DNA of 61,993 nucleotides, the filler included, from Dugesia japonica (Eukaryota): the NCBI GenBank assembly GCA_001938525.1. It is 6 parts of 6 records of this genome, joined end to end, with 100 filler letters (N's around TTAATTAATTAA, not from the genome) between each part and the next. Parts side by side here need not be neighbours in the genome. Positions count along the whole stretch, not along the records: positions 11,392 to 20,742 come from MQRL01633996.1; positions 20,843 to 30,313 come from MQRL01608849.1; 4 more parts are not named here. One strand, given 5' to 3'. A model generated the notes under the pieces. It was not told where the DNA came from. It worked only from the letters and a program-made list of their open reading frames with translations, and ran no database searches. This document shows, piece by piece, positions 12,786 through 24,910 of the stretch (the stretch's first letter is position 1; each line of letters starts with the position of its first letter). Both the position numbers and the translations under genes were made by a program.

Positions 12786-15549
12786 CCACCAACCACAAGC
12801 AAAATCTCAATTAATTTTTCTCCCATGTATTTTTGTCTAAAAAAATTTGGTCTTAGGTCTATAACCCATTTTCCTTAATTTTATAGACTATAAGCTGTCA
12901 TCTATCACCCAGAAAAATTTGGCCCTGACCCATAGACAACATTTTTTGATTTTTGAGAATTTTCACTTTTTTCAAAAAGGAGATATTTTGTCGATTTTTT
13001 TCAATTTTTTTATTTTTTAGCCTTTTTTCGCGCATTTGCCGCTCCCTCCCTCCTCCCCTTTTTTATACCCAGGATTATGGTGGGTGGGGGGTGGGTATGC
13101 AAATGCGCCTTTTAGCCTCTACTTATACATATAGATATTCTTTTTTGTTTTAATATTCCAACCAAATTGTGAAAATTTTGAGGCCTGTTATTCTTCTGCA
13201 TGATTTACAATTTCACTTTACTTTAAAAATCATGGCATGAGGTACAAGAAAGTAAGAAGAAGTTCACCACTAAAACCATTTGACAAAGTTTTACGCTGTG
13301 ATTTTGCAAAAAAGGGGTTAGCAGAAAATCATCTATGTGAGCGAACAATTTGTTCAGACGAAAAGTGGTTTATAGTATTATAGTATGGGCCATGGTGGTG
13401 CTAAATGGTCTCTTATCGTAAAAAATATAAAATAGAGACTTCAAAAATTCTGAATATGTAGACCTACTTTGCAAAAGTATTGTATCCATTTGTAAATTGA
13501 ATTATAAAAATAATTTCAGCTTCCAATGTTACAGCTTCTTCAGACAAGAGAAAATCAAAGACTCTAGTTAAACATATATCATTGATTGCTAGCCATTCTT
13601 TTATACCCATTAACCAATGTTGGGCTTCATCGGAGTTTCTGCCATCAAAACATCGAATTTGATAATTTATTCATTCTTGAGCTTAATTCGGCAAGGCTTC
13701 GACTAAAATTTTTCTCATTGCGAGTTATGACATTAATATTTTCTGTGAGTTCGCCAGTAAGAGCATTCTTGATATTTAACAGAGACATTAAATAATCACC
13801 CTAAAACCAAAATCTATTTAATAAAACAAAACAGAATTATTTGATACATAACGAATGGAAAACAATTATGATATTGAATTTTAAATATTTTTTAGATTAG
13901 TTTAGGCACGAGTGATACACTTTTTGCTTGCATTCGTCAATGTCCTGAAATCATACCTGATATTCCGACATTTGTATTTCCACACCCGTTGTACTCCAAT
14001 GTTATTGTTACACTCCTATGGTATCATGATGTAATCATGATTATAATTTTATTTTATTTTTCATTAGTTATAAAAATGGATCCCAAACTAGACAATCTGT
14101 GAGAGACCAGTTTGCAAATGGCGATTGGGATATATTTACTAATTTATTAAATGAAAACCAGCCTGGAAATAATGGTATTTTTGGTGAGTAATTACTTTTG
14201 TTAAATTTTATATATATGTTAAATTATTTTTAATCCTTTCTTATTTTTCAAGTTTCAACTTTAATTTATAAGTATATCTTTTTATGTAACTTCTGGCTTT
14301 GATGTGTTTTATGAAATTAATTATGAAAATTATAAGATTGTTTTCTAGTCTTAATAATGAATTAAAAGTAATAAAATACGAGTCTTTAATTATTATATCG
14401 TGTAATTGTAATGATGATTACCTATGTTAGTTCTATGATGATTTTGTCAATCCTATAAAATTATTAATTATTATATACCCAAAAATTATGGTTAGTAATC
14501 CCTTTTAATATCGACGTGTAGCTTATTAGGAAATTTATTTTTTTTGGTACGGATATAGTAAAAATTTATTTCAGTTCATACTCTCGCTTTGATGCTCTCA
14601 TCTATTATTATCAAAAGTTGTAAAAATTAAAATTAGCAAGATGAAGAGAACTGGTAAAATCAACTTTTTTTCGGCGTGTGCCCTAATATTGTTTTCTCCC
14701 TCTGCTCCTAGAGTAAGAACGAGAGAAGATATTACTATCTTTTTCTGTTCGAACTCGTATGGAGTTTTACAAAAAATTCTCTAACATTTTATTCTTCTAA
14801 ACTATATTTGATTGAACGTTTGAATATCACTTTACTACATGCAGTTACTAACACAACATTGAGGAAGAAGGTATGCCACGTCTACGGTCAACTACAAGGA
14901 AATTCTTAAACCTGATTTAACCATGAAACTTCGCATTAGTTTGTAGCATCAATTTTTTTGCATAATAAAAAATATTAAATATACGTAATATAAAATAAAA
15001 CTGATTAAATTCTAAATTACTTCTTCTAAAATTGTGGAATGTTATGAAATTAAATCGTATCTAACTATAATCTATGTTAAATTCAAATCAATATTTATTA
15101 AATTGACGAACTCGTTACCATATTTCATTTAAAATAAAATTAGAAAATACTTTTTGAAAAATATCACGGTATGGTAGTTTTAGTCACTTTCATAGTCACA
15201 TCAAAATTGTTTTAGAATATTATGTTTTTATTATTAAAACTTAAATGAAGCATCGATGACTTGATAAAAAAATTTAAAAATTAAGATGACTAATCAAAAC
15301 ACAGCACACAAGTCGTCTCCACAGATCAATAATCATTAACACGGCACTAGTTCGTACTCGGTCGATAGCAGGAATCGCTGCTAACTCTAAATTCTCACTC
15401 TTTTTTTCATAAATTTGATTCTTTCTCGTCCTCAGCAATTTGAGTTGGTCGCCAATGATTCTTTCTTGTAGCCTGTCAATTTGTCCCTCAGTTTGGCTTT
15501 AACTAATTTAACAATTTCAGTTTTTTAAAAAGTCGCTTTCCGCTTTGAC

Positions 15550-16524
15550 AGTTATATATCATTTATAATATGATATAAAATTTATTAATATTAAATGATT
15601 TTATTTGTTTAAATAATTCATTATTAATAAATATTTTTTGTTTTAATAAATAATTATGGAAAGTTCAAATTAAGATTACTAACGAAGGCAGGAAAAGATG
15701 GTCGATAGAAAGATTATTGCAAAACTACCATCTTTAACACAAGAATTGCTTATCCCAAAACCAAGTTTCTTTAAGGGTTCATCTGAAGCAGCTGGTGAAT
15801 GGATTCATAGAACAAAAGAATTTGATGCATAATGGAGCTATCATATGCGTTGGATATATTAATGATACGAGATGCGAAAGAATTATGGCTGCAAAATGCA
15901 TAGATGTAATCTTGACGAAGATTAAGATTAATGTAATCTGCGAAAAAGGGTTTCGTGAGTCATTTGTGATTTCAGAGACACTGATGGATAAAATATCACT
16001 TTTGTTGATGATCAAACAAAACCCAACTGAAAAATATCGTAATTTCGAGTTAAGAGTAAGAAAAATAGTAAATGAAGTTTTCGTGAGTAAAAAAACTCTA
16101 GATGAAATTGCAACAATATTTGTAATTAATGAATGCAACACAACAAAGATCAACTGGTCTATTTCCTTTTGAATTTATCTTTGGAAAAAGAATAGTTTTA
16201 CACGGATAACCACGAGACGGAAATCCGAAACACGAAGAAATGAGAAAACTGGCAGCTGAAAATTTACAGAAAGCCTATAAAAAATTAAGCAAATACGAAT
16301 GTAAAAGCGAACGTCCAGACATTTTGAAGCAGGGGACAAAGTATTATTGAAAGTAGAACCATACAAGTTAAAGAAAGACAGTTTCAGGTATGAGGGTCCT
16401 TACAAAATTAGTAAATTTATAAGCCCCCATCAGGTACTTATAGATTATGCAGGACAGCTTAAACCCTGAAGACTTGAATGGCTGAAGAAAATTGAAAATG
16501 AAAATTAGAAAGAGAGAGAGAGAT

Positions 16525-16555
<31 letters not shown>

Positions 16556-16684
16556 GAAGTTATATATCATTTATAAAATTATTCAGTTTTAAATTTGTTA
16601 ATATAAAATGATATTATTTGTTTAAATAATAATAAATAGTTTTTATATAAATAAATAATGATGGAAAGTTCAAGTCTTTTAACT
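15550..16684 (+). mobile_element. Internally deleted miniature Ty3/gypsy LTR element
   Basis: Diverged ~130-nt direct repeats at 15550-15680 and 16558-16684, both starting AGTTATATATCATTTATAA and ending ...ACT. Purine tract 16507-16557 precedes the 3' LTR. Inside are a gag-like ORF (15795-16172) and an integrase C-terminus (FEAGDKVLLKVEPYKLKKDSFRYEGPYKI) related to 44952-45440. Confidence 0.8.
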
Positions 16685-17149
16685 CACACTAATTTAAGTA
16701 GTTCAATAATTTAATCTTCATTTAACCGTTTTAACCCATCACTTGTTGCCTCTCGATTCGATTTAGTATTTTATAACATCACTCGTTACCTCTTAATCAT
16801 AATGATCATCTTTCAGCTTGATTTAGCATTAAATTAAATTAAGTCATCATGATACGAAAAGCTATTATCAAAATTCAAAATAGACAGTATTCATTAAATT
16901 GATTTATCTTGTAATCAACAAATTCAATATAAAAACTAAACCAAATTAAAATTAGATCTAAAAGTTACTGCTTAAAATAAATATAAATCAACCAAAATAT
17001 TTAACTAGATTAGTAAATTAGAATTAGAACTAATATTGAAACTTCATCATAGCTAATTATTCAATGAAACACCTCACCACAATCTTTAATTTAAAAAATT
17101 AAATAGAAAAAATTTTAAATAGTAAAAAGTGAAGAAAATATCATTTGAA

Positions 17150-19000
17150 TTAAGAACGTTTAATTTTATTCTTATTGAAATATATCCAAAAATATAGATG
17201 CATCAGAACAAATCTCACTCGAACATACTTTCGATTGTTTAAATCAATTATAATGTTAATCACCAAACTGAAACTGCGTTCACACCCAGTTGTCGAATAT
17301 GGTAAAGGGGAATACTGCAGTTAAAAGTGGTTTTATTTCTCTGTCACAATCTTATATTTTCCTTGAAGTTTCTTTATCCTGCAATGGCTTCTAGCTCATC
17401 GAAATTAAATCGTTTATAAATTCTCCTTACTTCTGATTCTCCATATCGTATGTCATCAGTTTTTATATTGATTGGATCTAAAGCAAAAATTTGGTTAAGA
17501 AATTGAAAATTTTTTGCTATGGAATGAGAACAAAGTCTGAATTTCATTAGTATCGACTATACTTTGAATTAATTGATTTCTATTAATCGGAATAATTTTC
17601 GTAATGTAAACTAAGAGTTTATTTTTAAATATAAATTCGTTTGGTATCAATGCTGGTTGTGCTTTGTCACCAATTTTTCTATTAAACTCTCAATATTTCA
17701 TTGCTTTTATTAAATGTTCAGCTCTTTGTAGTCTTGTTCGCGATTGTAGTTCTGTAGATAATACTGGCAATTCTTGAAGCATTACATACATAAGCCCTAA
17801 ATTTAATAGAAATTTGGAACTTTTAAGTTTTCACTTTAAACCAAGAAATGCAATTTTTAAATTTGAATCCTCACATGAGTTTTTGAAGTGACAGTTTAAC
17901 GCTTTAAATAAATCCCATATAACTCGCACTGTGTTAAAACTACTTCCAATCTATAGTATTCCTATTTTTTAAAATTTATTTCTAGTTCATGGCATATACA
18001 TTCTAAAGCACGAGAATTTCTAGAAGACTGACTGTACAACGTATATAGTTTGTCCAGAAAAAATTTGAAATGGTTTACATTTATTATCGTATCGGATACA
18101 AATAATTTGAGTCTATTATGTAAAATATGCCAATGGAAAAGATTCTGGTATTTTTTTTGAAGTTGGGTTACCACGCCTACCATTAAACTTGCTCCATCGT
18201 GATGATTGTAATCCAATAGGATTTTAAGTACTTCTCGTGAAAATCATGCATTTCTAAAATATCTATTAGTTTCTTCTCAATATGTTCAGCACTCTAAGAA
18301 TCTAACTCACAAATCAAGAAATATAAATTCAGGAGTTTCTTAGTCGAAAAAAGTATTTAAATATATAATTTACATTTTGTTCTTACTAAAACTTATTGAT
18401 TCGTCAATACCTCGACTGTAAAATAGCAATTTATTAAATTACTGTCGTCTTATTTCATTTTCTATATGATTAATTATAATTTTGTGGTATTTCTTGAGTG
18501 TAGCATTGAACCTACATTTTGTCATTTATCTGCCTTAATTGAACAATTTTTTCATGATCGGTAAAAGGTCCATAATTTTTAGCTATATAATACGCAGTTC
18601 TGAATACTTTGATAGTTGATTATTCTTTTTCAATGAAAACTGTATTCAACCATTCCTCTAATATATTTTGAGCGATTTTATGACTATCTGAATCAACCTG
18701 TTTTTTTTATTTAAATCAGATAGTTAGACAATTCACTAGCATGATCTTTTTCCGTTCCTTTAATTGAAGACTTACTCCACTCATCAGAAATATGTAATCT
18801 TTGTTTTTTTTGAAACAGATAAATTTTTTACAGTGGAAAAAAAATTCCATCTAAATTTACCATTTGAACTATATATATTTGGCTTTAAAATCTTACCACT
18901 GAAACTAATTTCATATTTCAAGCTATTTTACTTCCGATTTTGATATTCGAGATACGTTGATAATGATAATCATTAATAATGTATTATCCGATGTATATAT
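17150..19000 (-). pseudogene. Degenerate hAT-superfamily (ZNF862-like) transposase
   Basis: DGASLMVG...HILHNRLKL (hAT DGA...HCxxHxLxL) and KLYTLYSQSSRNSRALE; many stops. Confidence 0.7.
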
Positions 19001-19474
19001 TTTCTATTTGTATCATCTTGTAATTCATTGTATTCACATTTTCTTTTAGAACATAATTGTTCAGTTTTTAACCATTGATATATGATAAAAATTATTACAA
19101 TTGATTTTTTATTATTTCTCAGAAAAATAATAACTAACAGTTTGAATGTATTATAACTTTTTATCTCCGATTGTATCAGCAATAAAGGCTCTTACATAAT
19201 AAATAACTACAACACAGGTAAAGTGTTAGTTCTCCGCCACTATTTGCTGATAGCTACAGAGCAAGCAGCTATCAACGACGTAGCCAAGAATTTTTCATGG
19301 GGGCCGATAGAAAAATAATTACGTCATTATGTAATCGACCGTGAATAAAATTTTTAGTTTAAATAAAGTGAAATTAATGATATCTGTTTACATTTACTAA
19401 AATCAATTTTTAATTAATTTTCACGGAAATCCAGTAGAAAATCCATTATCTTTAAATATTTAATTTTTTAAAAT

Positions 19475-19780
19475 AATAAAATGAAATATTTTCGAAATGA
19501 AGAAACTTAACTAAGGCTTCGGCCAAAAATTTTTTTAAAATTTTTATTAAGGTTAAAAATTTCATTTTCTTCGACCCAATTTTTCGATTTTATCTTCTTC
19601 AGAAGTTGTGTTTAAATAAATTGAATAAATCAATTACAACTCTCGAAAGAGATAAACTCGAAAATTTAGTGAAATAAGTTAAATTTTTGAAAATTTGAAC
19701 CTTACTAAAAGTTTTTAAAAACATTTTTTGATCTAAGTCTTAGTTTTTTTCCTTAATTTTGACAATATTTAATTTTATTC
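19475..19780. repeat. Imperfect long inverted repeat (fold-back/MITE-like)
   Basis: ~19505-19610 (AACTAAGGCTTCGGCCAAAAA...TTTTCGATTTTATCT...AGTTGT) aligns to the reverse complement of ~19635-19745. Confidence 0.6.
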
Positions 19781-20159
19781 AGAGATCAATGGTTAAAAAT
19801 TTTTAACAAGTGAATAATTACCAAAAAATAAACTAAACAAAATATTTTTACAAATAATTCAAATTTTCGTGGGAATCGAAGTGGATAGTCCAAGTTTTTC
19901 AAAAATAGTTTTTCAGATTTCAAATACATTTAAACTAATCTGTTAAGAATTTGACGGGGTTTGGTTTTTTCAATATTTTACATAGATTTTTCGAAAAGTA
20001 AAAAGTATTTCAAATTTTATCACCAACCCATCTATTCAATAGAAAATTTTATGCTGAGTAAGAATAACACGGGCAAAAATCGCCAAAACGTATTTCCGAG
20101 GAAATAAATGAAAATAACAATAAAAAACTAACAAGTACAATTACAATCGAATAGTTGAA

Positions 20160-20742
20160 TTGATCTCTTCTTTAACTGTAAAGCCTATATTTGGATGCAA
20201 GTTATTCATATACTCCAAAAACGGATGTACTTAATAGCGATTTTTAAAAACAAGAAAAATATCATCGACATAACGTTTATAAACTAAGGGTTTAACAGAA
20301 TAATAATCATTAATCTCACACTCTAATTTAGACATGAAAATACAAGCTAATGTTGGACCTATCCATCACCACACCACCAATATGTCTATACCATTCATCA
20401 TTAAAAAGTAATGAACATTCGATGTTGCAAAAGTTAAAAGATCATGAAATGCTATATCATCTTTAGTAGATTTATTAGGATTAGAATCACTCCATATTTC
20501 ACAACACAATCTGTTGTCTCTTAATGGAACATTAGTAAATAAATTTGTGACAAATGAGACCATAAAGCAATCATTACTAGTCAATGGATACTGAGAAATA
20601 GAAGATGAAAATTCAAAACTATCTTTGTACTCAAATTCAGAGAAATGTAAAGGCTTAATAAGCTTATCCAAACAGTTTGGCAACCTTATATTGAGCTGTT
20701 TTTATCATGGATAAAACAGGACGCATAGGAACATCTTTCTTA
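20160..20742 (-). pseudogene. Penelope-like reverse transcriptase fragment
   Basis: VPMRPVLS, VSF-VTNLFTNVPL and YKRYVDDIFLVF motifs across frameshifted frames. Confidence 0.8.
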
Positions 20743-20842
20743 NNNNNNNNNNNNNNNNNNNNNNNNNNNNNNNNNNNNNNNNNNNNTTAATTAATTAANN
20801 NNNNNNNNNNNNNNNNNNNNNNNNNNNNNNNNNNNNNNNNNN
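20743..20842. other. Artificial contig-joining spacer
   Basis: N44-TTAATTAATTAA-N44. Confidence 0.95.
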
Positions 20843-23828
20843 AATTATCATTTTTAATAAATCCTCCTGTAAAAAATCAATGAAAAATCGAATGAATATT
20901 TAAATTTAATTTTACTTATTTCTGATTTTAATATGATTTACAACTATGGTTTATTACCGAATTTCTAAACTAAATAATTTTAAGCACCCATTCTAAATAC
21001 TCTCTTGTGACTGAGATAATAAATTAATAAACGAATATAAATTAAGTCAACACAGTAAAATTCATGTGTAACCTTAATTCTAATTTTTAGTTAGACAGAT
21101 ATGATAGAAATATATGCTGTTCAAAAGAGAACGAAATGACAAAGTAATTTTTCACTAGTCTAAATGAAATATGAATTTCTAATTTTTAAAGAAAAATTAA
21201 AGAAGCCCATAAATAATAAAGATTTTTTTTTGTTTGAAGAAATGTTACAAGACTGTAAAATTTTAATCGATACAATCTTAGTCACATTTTGAATCGTTAC
21301 AAAAAACTAAAGTTTTCCCATAAACAAACGCCAAAAATATAAAGTATCAATTTAATGGAACAGATATAACGAAAATGTACTTTCAAGTCAAAATAAAATT
21401 ATCTTATTGATCTATGAAAATAAATACTACAAATTCATAAAATGTCAAATAAATTAATTACAATTTATGAAAAATTTAATTGAAGATTAAAAAAATTAAA
21501 AAATTTAATTTGTATAAAGAATAATAACATTTTTTAGATAGTTCTGAAAAATATTCATCATTGTACTAAAAAAAAAATAAATAAATAATTGTAAAATGAA
21601 TCGCTTTAATTTTTCAAGTTCTAATATTTACAAATTATTTATATACTTCATATCTACTACCATAACCGTCGACTAATATACGTTAAAAAGATTTAAAAAG
21701 ATATAAATATAAAAAGATATATATATATATATATANNNNNNNNNNNNNNNNNNNNNNNNNNNNNNNNNNNNNNNNNNNNNNNNNNTTCTAAATACTCTCT
21801 TGTGACTGAGATAATAAATTAATAAACGATTAAAAATTAAGTCAACACAGTAAAATTCATGTGTAACCTTAATATTTATATTATATTTATATATTTATAT
21901 ATTATATTTATATCGTATTGGAAAATAAAACTTATCAAAACAGTGTGAAATTAAATTTAACTAATAAACTCTTATTAATAAGATTACAAACTTATAATCT
22001 TAGTATGTGTTACTAGATGAGTCTTAGACGATCACCGTAGAATTTAAAAGATCTTTATTATCTTTAAATTTATTAATAAAATATAAGAGAAAGAATTAAA
22101 TTTAATTTTTCAATTAAATTAAATAAAGCTAGATATTCTGAAACTCAACTTCAATTTTTAAGATAAATTTTTATGATTACCAAATTTAAAAATTTCTGAT
22201 TTTATTTCAAAAAAATATTGCAATAAAATTTTTTTTAAAAGAACAGTTCATTTTAAAATATTTGTTTTAAATGTTTATTTTAAAATATATATTTCAAATT
22301 ATTTAACTTTATTTATTTGGAAAATTTTAAAAATCGAAACTTTACAATTAATACATTTTTATAATGTATTTACAATAAAATTAAAATTAGTTAAAGTTCA
22401 AAATAAAACATCATTATTTATTATTCTATTATTCTATTGGGTCACTTAAAATAAATTAATATATAATTAAACTTTTTATAGAACCCCCCCCCCCAAGTGC
22501 TATAAAACAATTTAAAGTTTGTAGCTTTCAAAATAAATTTAATTCATTTTAAATTTAAAATAGAATCCTAAGATCCAATTTTTAGATTAATGTAATTTAA
22601 AATTTTTCATTTTGGATTTAATTTGCTAAATTTATCTGTATTAGTTCATGAAAAAGACCGCAGCATTCATTTCCTGCGAAAACGTGATATATTAGCGTAA
22701 ACTAAAGTATGTTCTAATGGCCATCAAATGCATATTTAGAGTTTAATAAATTGTATTTCATGTAAATAAATTATAATTTAAATTTGGCATTTTGGGAGAA
22801 ATTCTAGAAAAGAGCAAATAATTATTGTATAATTTAATTTCGTTAAAAAATTTAAATTATNNNNNNNNNNNNNNNNNNNNNNNNNNNNNNNNNNNNNNNN
22901 NNNNNNNNNNNNNNNNNNNNNNNNNNNNNNNNNNNNNNNNNNNNNNNNNNNNNNNNNNAATTTCATTTAAATTAATTTGGATTTGCAATTTTAAACTTGC
23001 TTTTAATTAATTAATTTTGAAATTTTCATATTTTGATTTGTATATACCAGAAGAGCTCAAATGGTCTTTTTCAATCAATAGTTCTCTGGTATTTGTAGTT
23101 ATTATTTTTGATGCCGAATTTATTACCCATAATTATGAGTCTATATTCAAAATTGTGTATTTACTGATATTTATTTTTTTCTTTAATGAGCTTAACATCA
23201 TATTTCATTGACGTTTGAAAAAATCAATTATCAAGAGATTACTTTGATGTTTAATCAATAAATGGTTGGTTTTTTTTGTCAGACAAGGATATTATATCAT
23301 TGTAATATATCATTTAGAAGCACTCAAGTAATTAAGTTCTTCATATTTATTTTCCATTAGTTAAAAGCGCAGTTAAGGAGTTCTGCAAACTATTAGTTAA
23401 TTTATTAATAAGTTTATAATAATTGTTTTTTAATTAATTTAATTTTTTTAATTAAATTAAAATTGACTGATTATTTGAATTTCTAAATAAAAGTGAAATA
23501 GTAACTTATTTAATTTTTAAAAAAAACAATTCACTAATTAACTATAAATGGAAAATCATATTAGAATTAAAGGATATCTTCAGAAATTATTTTGCTATTC
23601 AATATCAATTTGCTTTTAACCTTCATGTTATCGTAATAAAAAAAATTACTCGCATTATCGTGCTGTGTAGTCACTACGCATTCAGAAACAAAACAAATAT
23701 TTAAAATCGGTTAAAAATTAGATTATTTATAGACATTGTTTTAATTAATTAAATAATTGATTTAAATAATTATCTATTCAATAAATTGATTATTTTAATT
23801 TTTTTTAAGTCAATTTTATATTTTTCAG

Positions 23829-23901
23829 CAATTGCATGCAACAGATTCTCGAAAGTGTAAATTACTGTCACCAGAATAATATTATTCATCGAGATTTAAA
23901 G
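23829..23901 (+). CDS. CAMK2: CaMKII kinase-domain exon (73 nt)
   Basis: tttttcag| ... |gtaaaa; translates [24 protein letters not shown]. Confidence 0.92.
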
Positions 23902-24289
23902 GTAAAATTTTATTTTTTTCTTTAAAATTTTTTGAATAATTGTTCAAAAATGAATTTAAATTTATTTTTGAAAAAAAATTTTTTTAGCAATTTTGTTTTT
24001 AAAATATTTAATTGTGAATAACGAAAATCTATTTCCGGTTAATATTTCAAATAAAGTGAAGCAGAATTAATAAAATTTCATTTTACTGTAGTCGAAATTT
24101 TAAAAAAACTTGCGATTATTTATTCTAAACAAAGTTTTCGTAAACTTAATTAAAATTTAAAAAAACCCCAAATCCGTTTCAATAATTTTAGGTTATTAAC
24201 TATGAAATGTCGGATTTTTAATCAAAATTTTGGATTATTATATTACAAGCAAAAAGCTATACATTTATTTGAAATTTGCACGAAAACTA

Positions 24290-24910
24290 TCGACACAGTT
24301 CTAAAAAGTCTGATGATAAAGTGAAGATAAAATCACGAAAGGCGTTTTTCGCAGCCTCTTTAGATTTGTATGTTTTTTCCACCAAGAAGAAATGTTTCGA
24401 AGAAATGACAGTCCGTTGGAACAAGGTCTGGTGAATACGGTGGGTGATAAAGAGTATTCAATTTCAACCCTTGCAGTTTGTAATCGTTGTTTGGGCAACA
24501 TTTGGTCAAGCGTTGTCTTGCAAGAGATCTAGCCTGTCTCTATTGACCAATATCAGCTGTTTAATCGCAAGCAATCTCATCAATGTGATCCAATGAGTTG
24601 TGGTAAACATCCGCTGTTATGGAGTGACCAGATTTCAATAATTTGCAATGGATAATACAAACGCTGGATCACAAAACTGATACCATTAGTTTCTTTTCGT
24701 GAATATTCGGCTTTGGATTCTGTTTTGGTGCTTCATTGTTATCCAACTATTGAGATGAACGCTTGCGATTATCAAAACGAATCCAATTTTCATCACATGT
24801 CACGATACGTTGAAGAAATTTTTCGCCTTTATGTCATGACAGTAAAAAAAGAAAAGCGTCGAAACGATTTATTTTCTGCTGGTAGCTTAATTCATACGCA
24901 AAGCGTCGGT
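24290..24910 (-). mobile_element. Mariner-like transposase remnant inside a CaMKII intron
   Basis: Minus-strand remnants of the IVTCDENWI, LQDNA and YSPDLVPTDCHFFR motifs in mixed frames. Confidence 0.75.

Noticed and set aside
20991-21873. ~87-nt direct repeat (20991-21078 and 21786-21873) as LTR pair
   Set aside because: No TG/CA ends, PBS/PPT or coding remnants; the second copy starts at a gap edge, so local duplication or an assembly artefact is likelier.
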